Position numbers and translations under genes: made by a program
The notes under the pieces: generated by a model
What the model saw: only the letters and a program-made list of their open reading frames with translations
Databases searched by the model: none
What the model was told of the DNA's origin: nothing
Part shown: positions 37,965 to 50,915 of the stretch, one piece after another
How positions within the stretch are numbered: position 1 is the first letter of the stretch
Layout of the letters: every line of letters begins with the position of its first letter
DNA from: Macrostomum lignano
Taxonomy: Eukaryota
Direction: 5' to 3'
Assembly (NCBI GenBank): GCA_002269645.1
Contig: NIVC01002325.1
Coordinates: forward strand, 1-64,000
Length of the DNA stretch: 64,000 nucleotides

Positions 37965-40900
37965 GAAACAATCTGAAACACCAGCTGACACAATGACACA
38001 TGGGCTGAGACAATCTGACACAAAATCTGACACAATGACACATGGGCTGAGACAATCTGACACAAAATCTGACACAATGACACATGGGCTGAGACAATCT
38101 GACACACAATCTGACACAAAATCTGACACAATGACACATGGGCTGAGACAATCTGACACACGAGCTGACAAAATGACACATGGGCTGAGACAATCTGACA
38201 CACAATCTGACACAATGACACATGGGCTGAGACAATCTGACACACGCGCTGACAAAATGACACATGGGCTGAGACAATCTGACACACGAGCTGACAAAAT
38301 GACACATGGGCTGAGACAATCTGACACACGAGCTGACAAAATGACACATGGGCTGAGACAATCTGACACACGAGCTGACAAAATGACACATGGGCTGAGA
38401 CAATCTGACACACGAGCTGACAAAATGACACATGGGCTGAGACAATCTGACACACAATCTGACACAAAATCTGACACAATGACACATGGGCTGAGACAAT
38501 CTGACACACAATCTGACACAAAATCTGACACAATGACACATGGGCTGAGACAATCTGACACACGAGCTGACACAATGACACATGGGCTGAGACAATCTGA
38601 CACACAATCTGACACAATGACACATGGGCTGAGACAATCTGACACACGAGCTGACAAAATGACACATGGGCTGAGACAATCTGACACACGAGCTGACAAA
38701 ATGAAACATGGGCTGAGACAATCTGACACACGAGCTGACAAAATGACACATGGGCTGAGACAATCTGACACACAATCTGACACAAAATCTGACACAATGA
38801 CACATGGGCTGAGATAATCTGACACACAATCTGACACAAAATCTGACACAATGACACATGGGCTGAGACAATCTGACACACGAGCTGACAAAATGACACA
38901 TGGGCTGAGACAATCTGACACACGAGCTGACAAAATGACAAATGGGCTGAGACAATCTGACACACGAGCTGACAAAATGACACATGGGCTGAGACAATCT
39001 GACACACAATCTGACACAAAATCTGACACAATGACACATGGGCTGAGACAATCTGACACACAATCTGACACAAAATCTGACACAATGACACATGGGCTGA
39101 GACAATCTGACACACGAGCTGACACAATAACACATGGGCTGAGACAATCTGACACACAATCTGACACAATGACACATGGGCTGAGACAATCTGACACACG
39201 AGCTGACAAAATGAAACATGGGCTGAGACAATCTGACACACGAGCTGACAAAATGAAACATGGGCTGAGACAATCTGACACACGAGCTGACAAAATGACA
39301 CATGGGCTGAGACAATCTGACACACAATCTGACACAAAATCTGACACAATGACACATGGGCTGAGACAATCTGACACACGAGCTGACAAAATGACACATG
39401 GGCTGAGACAATCTGACACACGAGCTGACAAAATGACACATGGGCTGAGACAATCTGACACACGAGCTGACAAAATGACAAATGGGCTGAGACAATCTGA
39501 CACACAATCTGACACAAAATCTGACACAATGACACATGGGCTGAGACAATCTGACACACAATCTGACACAAAATCTGACACAATGACACATGGGCTGAGA
39601 CAATCTGACACACGAGCTGACACAATGACACATGGGCTGAGACAATCTGACACACAATCTGACACAATGACACATGGGCTGAGACAATCTGACACACGAG
39701 CTGACAAAATGACACATGGGCTGAGACAATCTGACACACGAGCTGACAAAATGAAACATGGGCTGAGACAATCTGACACACGAGCTGACAAAATGACACA
39801 TGGGCTGAGACAATCTGACACACAATCTGACACAAAATCTGACACAATGACACATGGGCTGAGATAATCTGACACACAATCTGACACAAAATCTGACACA
39901 ATGACACATGGGCTGAGACAATCTGACACACGAGCTGACAAAATGACACATGGGCTGAGACAATCTGACACACGAGCTGACAAAATGACAAATGGGCTGA
40001 GACAATCTGACACACGAGCTGACAAAATGACACATGGGCTGAGACAATCTGACACACGAGCTGACACAATGACACATGGGCTGAGACAATCTGACACACA
40101 ATCTGACACAAAATCTGACACAATGACACATGGGCTGAGACAATCTGACACACAATCTGACACAAAATCTGACACAATGACACATGGGCTGAGACAATCT
40201 GACACACGAGCTGACACAATAACACATGGGCTGAGACAATCTGACACACAATCTGACACAATGACACATGGGCTGAGACAATCTGACACACGAGCTGTCA
40301 AAATGAAACATGGGCTGAGACAATCTGACACACGAGCTGACAAAATGAAACATGGGCTGAGACAATCTGACACACGAGCTGACAAAATGACACATGGGCT
40401 GAGACAATCTGACACACAATCTGACACAAAATCTGACACAATGACACATGGGCTGAGACAATCTGACACACGAGCTGACAAAATGACACATGGGCTGAGA
40501 CAATCTGACACACGAGCTGACAAAATGAAACATGGGCTGAGACAATCTGACACACGAGCTGACAAAATGACAAATGGGCTGAGACAATCTGACACACAAT
40601 CTGACACAAAATCTGACACAATGACACATGGGCTGAGACAATCTGACACACGAGCTGACAAAATGACACATGGGCTGAGACAATCTGACACACGAGCTGA
40701 CAAAATGACACATGGGCTGAGACAATCTGACACACGAGCTGACAAAATGACAAATGGGCTGAGACAATCTGACACACGAGCTGACAAAATGACACATGGG
40801 CTGAGACAATCTGACACACGAGCTGACACACAATCTGACACACAATCTGACACACAACCTGACACTCAATCTGACACAATGACAAATGGGCTGAGACAAT

Positions 40901-41295
40901 CTGACACACGAGCTGACAAAATGACACATGGGCTGAGACAATCTGACACACAATCTGACACACAATCTGACACACAATCTGACACACAACCTGACACACA
41001 ATCTGACACAATGACACATGGGCTGAGACAATCTGACACAATGACACATGAACTGAGACAATCTGACACACGAGCTGACACAATGATACATGGGCTGAGA
41101 CAATCTGACACACGGACTGACACAATGACACACGAGCTGACACAATGACACACAATCTGACACAATGACACATGAACTGAGACAATCTGACACACGAGCT
41201 GACACAATGACACACAATCTGACACAATGACACATGAACTGAGACAATCTGACACACGAGCTGACACAATGACACACAATCTGACACAATGACAA
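37965..41295. repeat. Large satellite: about 42-bp unit (ATGACACATGGGCTGAGACAATCTGACACACGAGCTGACAAA) with 12-bp TCTGACACA subunits and about 1050-bp higher-order period
   Basis: Direct. Variant GAGATAATCT recurs at 38811 and 39861. Confidence 0.97.
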
Positions 41296-41637
41296 CCTGC
41301 TCTGCCCTCGCCCTAAACCTTCAATATATTTTCTTTCAAACCGTAGAACTTGAAATCGAATACAATTCACTATGCTATTTGCTAGGCGCAATTATCCAGC
41401 GACAGGCCGGTTTATTTAGTGAACAACAGTTCGACTGCCGCACAGAGCGATAGAAATAATTTATAAACATGGCATAAACGGCTGTACATGAAAATGAAAA
41501 AGGAAGCTGATAATCGAAAGCTAGGAGTAGCGAAATGCTAGATTTAGACTAGATTTAGAATTAAAAGCAAGCAGAGTGCAGTTGAAAAACAAATAAATAC
41601 TTGAAGTTATGTTTTAGTCCCAAACGCAACCATGGAA

Positions 41638-42505
41638 ACACCCTCTCCCATCCCCATTCACTCTCTTCCATCCCTATTCACTCTCTCCCATCCCTATTCA
41701 CCCTCTCCCATCCCTATTCACTCTCTCTCATCCCCATTCACTCTCTCCCATCCCCATTCACTCTCACCCATCCCCATTCACTCTCTCCCATCCCTAGTCA
41801 CTCTCTCCCATCCCTATTCACTCTCTCCCATCCCTATTCACTCTCTCCCATCCCTAGTCACTCTCTCCCATCCCTATTCACTCTCTCCCATCCCTAGTCA
41901 CTTTCTCCCATCCCTATTCACTCTCTCCCATCCCTATTCACTCTCTCCCATCCCTAGTCACTTTCTCCCATCCCCATTCACTCTCTCCCATCTCCATTCA
42001 CCCTCTCCCATCTCCATTGACCCTCTCCCATCCCCAATCACTCTCTCCCATCCCCAATCACTCTCTCCCATCGCCACTCACTCTCACCCATCCCCAATCA
42101 CTATCTCCCATCCCAATCACTCTCTCCCATCGCCACTCACTCTCACCCATCCCCAATCACTATCTCCCATCCCAATCACTCTCTCCCATCGCCACTCACT
42201 CTCACCCATCCCCAATTACTATCTCCCATCCCAATCACTCTCTCCCATCGCCACTCACTCTCACCCATCCCCAATCACTCTCTCCCATCGCCACTCACTC
42301 TCACCCATCCCCAATCACTATCTCCCATCCCAATCACTCTCTCCCATCGCCACTCACTCTCACCCATCCCCAATCACTATCTCCCATCCCAATCACTCTC
42401 TCCCATCGCCACTCACTCTCACCCATCCCCAATCACTCTCTCCCATCGCCACTCACTCTCACCCATCCCCAATCACTATCTCCCATCCCCATTCGCTCTC
42501 CCATC
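41638..42505. repeat. Pyrimidine-rich 19-20-bp minisatellite (CTCTCTCCCATCCCCATTCA and variants)
   Basis: Direct. Confidence 0.95.
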
Positions 42506-42940
42506 CTGAGATGTGGTCTCAGCAGTCAAAGTGCCCGCCGCAGCCTGGGGAGGCGCGCCAGGCTGAGGGTAGAGCGCAGCAGTCGCTAATTGGTCGCCAG
42601 TGCCTGCCGCCGTCTCGGCCGCCTGCCGTTGTGCCGCGCAACGGGCAAAGTTGAAGGCGATGGCACCAACTAGCGAGGCGGCCACGCCAACGCAGGTGAG
42701 GCCTCTGACCACCAGCTGCTTGTAGAAGCAGGTCTCGTACGGGACTTCCGGGCCCACAATTATTTCCGTACCGTTGCGGGTCGGCCGGACGCTGGCCAAG
42801 TAGCCAACAAAGAAGGCCGCCCACAACACGAAGCAGACCGCTGACAAAATGGACAGAAGCCGCAGGAGGCGAAAGTGCAGCTCTGAGTTCATCAGCTTGA
42901 AGTTCTTCCTCAAGTAGGCCAGAGACGGGCAGAAGCATGA
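42476..42940 (-). CDS. Partial 4-TM family member (TM3, loop, TM4, tail); 5' exon(s) not resolved
   Basis: LAYLRKNFKLMNSELHFRLLRLLSILSAVCFVLWAAFFV...RNGT...ETCF...GLTCVGVAASLVGAIAFNFARC aligns loosely with the LPxCRRDY...LSGVACCLAIAAFWL paralogs. A candidate upstream exon (MTDPAPVV...) lies at about 43570-43455. Confidence 0.6.
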   Translation of the reverse strand, partial: SCFCPSLAYLRKNFKLMNSELHFRLLRLLSILSAVCFVLWAAFFVGYLASVRPTRNGTEIIVGPEVPYETCFYKQLVVRGLTCVGVAASLVGAIAFNFARCAAQRQAAETAAGTGDQLATAALYPQPGAPPQAAAGTLTAETTSQDGRANGDGR

Positions 42941-43365
42941 ATGAGGTGCTGAAGTAGCAGAATGAGGAGCTGAAGTGGCTGAATGAGGAGCTGAAGTGGC
43001 TGAATGAGGAGCTGAAGTAGCTGAAGTGGCTGAATGAGGAGCTAAAGTAGCTGAAGTGGCTGAATGAGGAGCTGAAGCAGCTGAATGAGGAGCTGAAGTG
43101 GCTGAATGAGGAGCTGAATTGGCTGAAGTGGCTGAATGAGGAGCTGAAGTAGCTGAAGTGGCTGAATGAGGAGCTGAAGTAGCTGAAGTGGCTAAATGAG
43201 GAGCTGAAGTAGCTGAAGTGGCTGAATGAGGAGCTGAAGCAGCTGAAGTGGCTAAATGAGGAGCTGAAGCAGCTGAAGTGGCTGAATGAGGAGCTGAAGT
43301 AGCTGAAGTGGCTGAATGAGGAGCTGAAGTAGCTGAAGTGGCTGAATGAGGAGCTGAAGTAGCTT
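42941..43365. repeat. Minisatellite of 9/12/21/30-bp units (AGCTGAAGTGGCTGAATGAGG)
   Basis: Direct; all unit lengths are multiples of 3. Confidence 0.95.
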
Positions 43366-43857
43366 GCGGAGGGGTTTGCGGAGAGGTCTGAGGGTTGGTG
43401 AGCAGCTTGGCTTAATCAGAAGCCTTGCAACTCTTTGCAAGTCCCAATCGGCTCACAGAGCAACAGTTGGAGTCTCGAAACGCCCAACCAGAACGGTGCC
43501 GACGGCTCGGGCGCAGGCGGCGGTCCGGTGCCCGGTGGATCGGTCACAACTGGCGCTGGATCAGTCATTATGAGCAATCAATGAGCAACCTCCAGCATGA
43601 TGGCTGATGAAAAGCGCCGTGGACTGCAAGATAACAAGAGAATATACGAGTCTGAGTAGCCAATCTGAAGTGTCTCAGTGATAATCCACTATTGATGAGA
43701 GACCCCTGCCGCTCCCGCTTTATAATACGCTTCCCACCGTGCTGTTGCTGCTGCTGATGACCCTTTAAGAGACAGCTGATTTGGCAGTGTGCCAGTGGCT
43801 TCCATATGCTTTTCCAGTGTCACTCTGGCTTTATCGAGCCCGGGATTGTCTGAACTT

Positions 43858-44278
43858 GTCACACCTGTGGCGAGTTCGCATCTAACAAGCTTAATACTAC
43901 ACCTGTGGCGAGTTCGCATCTAACAAGCTTAATCCTACACCTGTGGCGAGTTCGCATCTAACAAGCTTAATACTACACCTGTGGCGAGTTCGCATCTAAC
44001 AAGCTTAATCCTACACCTGTGGCGAGTTCGCATCTAACAAGCTTAATCCTACACCTGTGGCGAGTTCGCATCTAACAAGCTTAATCCTACACCTGTGGCG
44101 AGTTCGCATCTAACAAGCTTAATCCTACACCTGTGGCGAATTCGCATCTAACAAGCTTAATCCTACACCTGTGGCGAGTTCGCATCTAACAAGCTTAATC
44201 CTACACCTGTGGCGAATTCGCATCTAACAAGCTTAATCCTACACCTGTGGCGAGTTCGCATCTAACAAGCTTAATACT
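43858..44278. repeat. 38-bp minisatellite, about 11 copies (about 21 copies in the inverted arm, 62778-63575)
   Basis: ACACCTGTGGCGAGTTCGCATCTAACAAGCTTAATCCT. Confidence 0.96.
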
Positions 44279-44639
44279 AGCTACCTAACTGAAAACATAA
44301 AAAAACTGATGAAGGCAGTAAAAGTCTGAGACTAGGTAAACTGTAAGATTTGGTGTAATTGGAATGTGTAACAATATGCGGCAACAACAGGTCGGCAGAA
44401 CTGAAGTGAATGACAGCACAGCCATGTTGAAGCGGAAGATTCTGTGCGAAAACTGCTGAGCAAATCGGTGAAAACATTTTTCAGCTCAGCAAGCATAAGA
44501 TACGATTTGTATCTAGCTGTGATTAAAAAAAGCACTAATTGGAGAGCATTAATTTTTTTACAGGTAATTTTTACACCTGGCGCTGGATCAACACAACAGT
44601 ACTTTCGAAGCGCGTGAAACTTGTTTCACTCCCCGCTGC

Positions 44640-45432
44640 GCAGCCTCATCGCAGATGCAGCTGCTCACCTGTCAGCACATGTTCACAGCCTCATCGCAGA
44701 TGCAGCTGCTCACCTGTCAGCACATGTTCACAGCCTCATCGCAGATGCAGCTGCTCACCTGTCAGCACATGTTGACAGCCTCATCGCAGATGCAGCTGCT
44801 CACCTGTCAGCACATGTTCGCAGCCTCATAGCCTCATCGCAGATGCAGCTGCTCACCTGTCAGCACATGTTCACAGCCTCATCGCAGATGCAGCTGCTCA
44901 CCTGTCAGCACATGTTCACAGCCTCATCGCAGATGCAGCTGCTCACCTGTCAGCACATGTTGACAGCCTCATCGCAGATGCAGCTGCTCACCTGTCAGCA
45001 CATGTTCGCAGCCTCATAGCCTCATCGCAGATGCAGCTGCTCACCTGTCAGCACATGTTCGCAGCCTCATCGCAGATGCAGCTGCTCACCTGTCAGCACA
45101 TGTTGACAGCCTCATCGCAGATGCAGCTGCTCACCTGTCAGCACATGTTCACAGCCTCATCGCAGATGCAGCTGCTCACCTGTCAGCACATGTTGACAGC
45201 CTCATCGCAGATGCAGCTGCTCACCTGTCAGCACATGTTCGCAGCCTCATCGCAGATGCAGCTGCTCACCTGTCAGCACATGTTCACAGCCTCATCGCAG
45301 ATGCAGCTGCTCACCTGTCAGCACATGTTCACAGCCTCATCGCAGATGCAGCTGCTCACCTGTCAGCATATGTTCACAGCCTCATCGCAGATGCAGCTGC
45401 TCACCTGTCAGCACATGTTCACAGCCTCATCG
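44640..45432. repeat. 45-bp minisatellite whose unit contains the last codons and stop of the adjacent gene
   Basis: Minus-strand unit GATGAGGCTGTGAACATGTGCTGA-CAGGTGAGCAGCTGCATCTGC. Confidence 0.96.
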
Positions 45433-46141
45433 TAGCACGGGGGCGGGGCCTCCTCGTCCACCGGCTCCGCCTGCGGAGGAGCGGACGGAATTGGCGGAGC
45501 AGCTGGCGGAGCTGACGGCGGCGGCCATTCGGCTTCGTTGAGGACCAGCGGCTCGGCGGGGGCCGGGCTGGGCAACAAGCCGAAGGTCTCCCAGTTTCTG
45601 GCAGGCCGCTGTTCCTCAGCTGCTGGAGGCTCCGGTCGCTTCAAGTAGGAGAAGCAGTAGCACAGGGCGGCCACAATCAGAAACTGGGTGAGGCTGGCGA
45701 TTAAGCCCAGGATGCAGATGGCCAGGAAGTAGCAAAAAATGCCCACCGCGTCGCCGCAGAGGCCGGCTGGCCGAGGAGGCCGCTTGAACGCGGGCCGTAG
45801 CTGGCGAGTGGCGGCTCAGACGAGAAGGTCTCCGCTATTCCGCCGCCATTGATGAAGAGCCAGAAGGCGGCGATCGCCAGGCAGCAGGCCACGCCAGACA
45901 GCACCAGGGTGGCGATAGTGACCTGCCGGTGCAGCGGGTGAGCCATGTAGTCCCTGCGGCACATGGGGAGGCACGTGCAGCCCGCCGCGACGATGAGGAA
46001 GCCGGCGGTCAGGCTGCAGTAATCGACGCTCCTGAATTTGTCGCAGCCCGAGACCAGCAGCACCGCACAGCCAATGAAGTTAGAGAGGCCGATGGCCCCT
46101 GTGAGTCCACCGGAGATGGCCTCGGGAGCCACGGAACACGG
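45408..46141 (-). CDS. 4-TM family member, LPxCRRDY subfamily, proline-rich tail ending PPPCYDEAVNMC*; 1-bp frameshift near 45790; initiator ATG not located
   Basis: Joining ORFs 45701-46132 and 45408-45746 gives a continuous protein, confirmed by the inverted copy (61346-62059), which is in frame at this site. The exon begins after the acceptor CCCGCAG. Confidence 0.78.
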
Positions 46142-46169
46142 CTGCGGGAGAGACGGGAAAATAGTGAGA

Positions 46170-46698
46170 CACCAACCGCGAGAACACCAACCGGTGAGAC
46201 ACCAACCGGTGAGACACCAACCGGAAAGAAGCCAACCGGTGAGACACTAACCGGTGAGACCAAACGGTGAGACACCAACCGGTGAGAAACTAACCGGTGA
46301 GACCAAACGGTGAGACACCAACCGGTGAGAAACTAACCGGTGAGACAACAACCGGTGAGACACCAACCGGTAAGACACCAACCGGTGAGACACTAACCGG
46401 TGAGACCAAACGGTGAGACACCAACCGGTGAGAAACTAACCGGTGAGACACTAACCGGTGAGAAACTAACCGGTGAGACCAACCGTTGAGAAACCAACCG
46501 GTGAGACACTAACCGGTGAGACCAACCGGTGAGACACCAACTGGTGAAACCAACTGGTGAGACCAACCGGTGAGACACCAACCGGTGAGACCAACCGGTG
46601 AGACGCCAACCAGTGAGACGCCAACCGGTGAGACACCAACCGGTGAGACACCAACAGGTGAGACACCAACCGGTGAGACACCAACCGGTGAGACGCCA
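46170..46698. repeat. 13-15-bp minisatellite (CCAACCGGTGAGACA)
   Basis: Direct. Confidence 0.95.
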
Positions 46699-46759
46699 CA
46701 CTCGATTTGGTGCGTAGATCGTTTTAAAGACTGCAGTGTCTAGCTTTGAAGGGCACAGA

Positions 46760-47160
46760 CAGTGTATCTAGGTGGACACAGACAGGTTATCTGGGTAGAC
46801 ACAGACAGGTTATCTGGGTGGACACAGACAAGTTATCTGGGTGGACACAGACAGGTTATCTGGGTAGACACAGACAAGTTATCTGGGTAGACACAGACAG
46901 GTTATCTGGGTGGACAGGGTGGACACAGACAGGTTATCTGGGTAGACACAGACAGGTTATCTGGGTGGACACAGACAAGTTATCTGGGTGGACACAGACA
47001 GGTTATCTGGGTAGACACAGACAGGTTATCTGGGTAGACACAGACAGGTTATCTGGGTGGACACAGACAAGTTATCTGGGTGGACACAGACAGGTTCTCT
47101 GGGTGGACACAGACAGGTTATCTTGGTGGACACAGCCCGGTGATCTGAGTGGACACAGCC
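46760..47160. repeat. 23-bp minisatellite (GGGTGGACACAGACAGGTTATCT)
   Basis: Direct. Confidence 0.95.
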
Positions 47161-47370
47161 TACCGTTCTGGTTAGCTTACCGGAATTAAGTAGCATATTG
47201 TAAAACCAAAACATTAAAAAACCTCAAACCATGGAAATTACTTATAAAAGATGTATTTGATGCTCAAAATTCCTGTAAAACCCATATTAGTCACGGCTCG
47301 AAAAATTTTCTCCTAAAAAGTATTGACAATTCAAAAAAGCTTTTCCTGCAATAACCATCGAAAAGGAATT

Positions 47371-48728
47371 CCTGTCAGTAGATTTAGACTGACATGGACT
47401 GTCAGTAGATTTAGACTGACACAGGCTGTCAGTAGATTTAGACTGACACAGGCTGTCAGTAGATTTAGACTGACACAGGCTGTCAGTAGATTTAGACTGA
47501 CACAGGCTGTCAGTAGATTTAGACTGACACAGGCTGTCAGTAGATTTAGACTGACATGGACTGTCAGTAGATTTAGACTGACATGGACTGTCAGTAGATT
47601 TAGACTGACATGCACTGTCAGTAGATTTAGACTGACATGGACTGTCAGTAGATTTAGACTGACACAGGCTGTCAGTAGATTTAGACTGACACAGGCTGTC
47701 AGTAGATTTAGACTGACACAGGCTGTCAGTAGATTTAGACTGACATGGACTGTCAGTAGATTTAGACTGACATGGACTGTCAGTAGATTTAGACTGACAT
47801 GGACTGTCAGTAGATTTAGACTGACACAGGCTGTCAGTAGATTTAGACTGACACAGGCTGTCAGTAGATTTAGACTGACATGGACTGTCAGTAGATTTAG
47901 ACTGACACAGGCTGTCAGTAGATTTAGACTGACATGGACTGTCAGTAGATTTAGACTGACACAGGCTGTCAGTAGATTTAGACTGACATGGACTGTCAGT
48001 AGATTTAGACTGACACAGGCTGTCAGTAGATTTAGACTGACACAGGCTGTCAGTAGATTTAGACTGACATGCACTGTCAGTAGATTTAGACTGACATGGA
48101 CTGTCAGTAGATTTAGACTGACACAGGCTGTCAGTAGATTTAGACTGACACAGGCTGTCAGTAGATTTAGACTGACAGGCTGTCAGTAGATTTAGACTGA
48201 CATGGACTGTCAGTAGATTTAGACTGACACAGGCTGTCAGTAGATTTAGACTGACACAGGCTGTCAGTAGATTTAGACTGACACAGGCTGTCAGTAGATT
48301 TAGACTGACACAGGCTGTCAGTAGATTTAGACTGACACAGGCTGTCAGTAGATTTAGACTGACACAGGCTGTCAGTAGATTTAGACTAACACAGGCTGTC
48401 AGTAGATTTAGACTGACACAGGCTGTCAGTAGATTTAGACTGACACAGGCTGTCAGTAGATTTAGACTGACACAGGCTGTCAGTAGATTTAGACTAACAC
48501 AGGCTGTCAGTAGATTTAGACTGACACAGGCTGTCAGTAGATTTAGACTGACACAGGCTGTCAGTAGATTTAGACTGACATGGACTGTCAGTAGATTTAG
48601 ACTGACACAGGCTGTCAGTAGATTTAGACTGACATGGACTGTCAGTAGATTTAGACTGACACAGGCTGTCAGTAGATTTAGACTGACACAGGCTGTCAGT
48701 AGATTTAGACTGACACGGACAGTCAGTA
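47371..48728. repeat. 27-bp minisatellite with internal hairpin (TGTCAGT-AGATTTAG-ACTGACA), about 50 copies
   Basis: Direct; no spacers, so not CRISPR. Confidence 0.96.
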
Positions 48729-49091
48729 GATATTCATACTAACTGACACTTCGTGTGTCAATCTGTAGATCTGACAGCTCAATAAAAATTTGGCTAACAT
48801 TTAACCGCAATAAAGATCAAAATATTTGGAATGATTTGTAATGAAACAAAAACAAAAGCATCGTCACAAATCATAGTATAAAATATGAAGACAAAAAGCA
48901 ACAAATAAGTCTAAAGCTGCTGATCAACTGCATGCCCAAGCTATGCAGCTCGTGACTGGTTTGCTTATTCAAGGCGCTAGCAAGCGCGGCAGCTCAGCAG
49001 CAAAATTCAAAGTCAATCGCGGCAGGGAAAACTCTGCAGCCCAGCTTATCTGCCGCTCGCTCGCTTTGTTTGCTCGCTCGCCACCCCAGGG

Positions 49092-49722
49092 TCATGGGGA
49101 GCGCTCACACATCCTCACAGCATCCTCATAGGAGGGAAGCTGGGCAGCTTTGTCCACCGAGTCGGCCAGCGGGGCGGACGGGACTGGCAGCGCGGCAGCG
49201 GCCGGCCGGTTCCGCCGGGCGGGGCGGAGCAGCGGCCGCTGGCGCTGGGGCGGCTGGTAGTCGGCGGAGTCGCTGGCGGGCGGCTGCCGCGCTGCCCGCA
49301 GACGGTACAGCAGGAGGGCGACAATGAAGCAGTGGCACAGGGCCAGCACGCCGGTGAGGACGAGGCAGATAACGAACGGCGCCAGTGCGGAGTAGCAGCC
49401 TTCCGCCTTGCTGCTCTCCCTGGCCATGTCGACGCCCGCAGCTGCGCAAGAGGCGCAGCAGAGGCAGAGGGTGAGCGCGGACAGCGGCAGGCTGACGGCG
49501 ATGAGGCACCGGTGGCAGCTCAGGCTGGTGTAGTCGCGGCGGCACAGGGGCAGCACGGCGCCAAAGGCGAAGACAGCCACGACGCTGGCGCATATTCCCA
49601 GCGGGCCGGACAGCAGGCCGCAGCCGGCCGCCAAAAACTGGACGCTCTTCCACAGGCTGAAGAGGCCACAGGCGGACAACAGAGCGGCGGATATGATGTG
49701 CGGGGCGAAGGGAACCCCGCAT
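49092..49722 (-). CDS. 4-TM family member, LPxCRRDY subfamily, tail LPSYEDAVRMCERSP*; 1-bp frameshift near 49710
   Basis: Start MRGSFAPHIISAALL is read in frame in the inverted copy (57719). The remainder is the 195-aa ORF. Acceptor CTGCAG lies 14 nt upstream. Confidence 0.8.
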
Positions 49723-50349
49723 TGCGAAGACGGCGGCTGCAGGTGCGGATGGAGAGCGCGGGATTTGAAAGGGCGGGAAGATCCGAGGCAATGGCAATGC
49801 CGTAACTGCGTGAGCTTGAAATTTTTTAAAAGACAGAATCGCTAAAAACCTCAAAATGTTACAGGAATTGCAGATTTATCACCTGGAAATTGGAAATTGA
49901 CGATATTGTAACTGAACTTTTATCCAAGGCTCAGTTTGGCAAATTCTACCTGAACTTTTATCCAAAGCTTGGTATAACGGAGTTCAAGTAATCAAATGAC
50001 CAAAAAACACAACGGGACCTCCGGAGCACAACAGAAAATCGTAACAAAATAAGCTTTCTCAGTGTATTTTCCTCATCCGGGCACAAACTATGGACAAAAA
50101 AGCAGGGGTACGGGTGGCAGTAAAAGTACAGCCTGTATTGGACAAGGACACCGATGCAGAACACGAAGCGACACTAAAAGCAAAAACGAGAGCCAGGAGA
50201 CGAGTATTGCACAAGATACGGTTTATTAACGATGACAGAGTGAGATTCTCCCGCACGCGACCGGCGCGGCCCTGCAGCCAAGTCAAGTAAAGTACGTGAT
50301 GTACTTGTAGTTCTTGTAAAACTCCACAGGCTGTTGTGGCACTGGCTAC

Positions 50350-50830
50350 GCCTGCATCACTAGCATCAGTGCCCAGCCAGCATCTGCATCACTAGCATCA
50401 GTGCGAAACCACATCTGCAGCTTCTAGCCTGCATCACTAGCATCAGTGCGAAACCACATCTGCAGCTTCTAGCCTGCATCACTAGCATCAGTGCGCAACC
50501 ACATCTGCAGCTTCTAGCCTGCATCACTAGCATCAGTGCGCAACCACATCTGCAGCTTCTAGCCTGCATCACTAGCATCAGTGCGCAACCACATCTGCAG
50601 CTTCTAGCCTGCATCACTAGCATCAGTGCGAAACCACATCTGCAGCTTCTAGCCTGCATCACTAGCATCAGTGCGCAACCACATCTGCAGCTTCTAGCCT
50701 GCATCACTAGCATCAGTGCGCAACCACATCTGCAGCTTCTAGCCTGCATCACTAGCATCAGTGCGCAACCACATCTGCAGCTTCTAGCCTGCATCACTAG
50801 CATCAGTGCGAAACCACATCTGCATCTTCC
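50350..50830. repeat. 45-bp minisatellite (GCCTGCATCACTAGCATCAGTGCGCAACCACATCTGCAGCTTCTA)
   Basis: Direct. Confidence 0.95.
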
Positions 50831-50915
50831 AGCATCTGCGGCTAGAAATTGCATTGGAAAATGCTCACACACTCCAGACAACACAGAACGGTAAACCGAG
50901 AAGCCGCCACCAACA

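Noticed and set aside
37862-41391. 809-1143 aa ORFs on both strands
   Set aside because: Open in several frames because the satellite unit lengths are multiples of 3 and lack stops; not a gene signal.
43600-43640. CTGATGA hammerhead core (also at about 43755 and 44305)
   Set aside because: No stem II or GAAA partner at a suitable distance.
47371-48728. CRISPR-like array (27-bp palindromic repeat)
   Set aside because: Units are contiguous, with no unique spacers and no cas genes; the context is eukaryotic.
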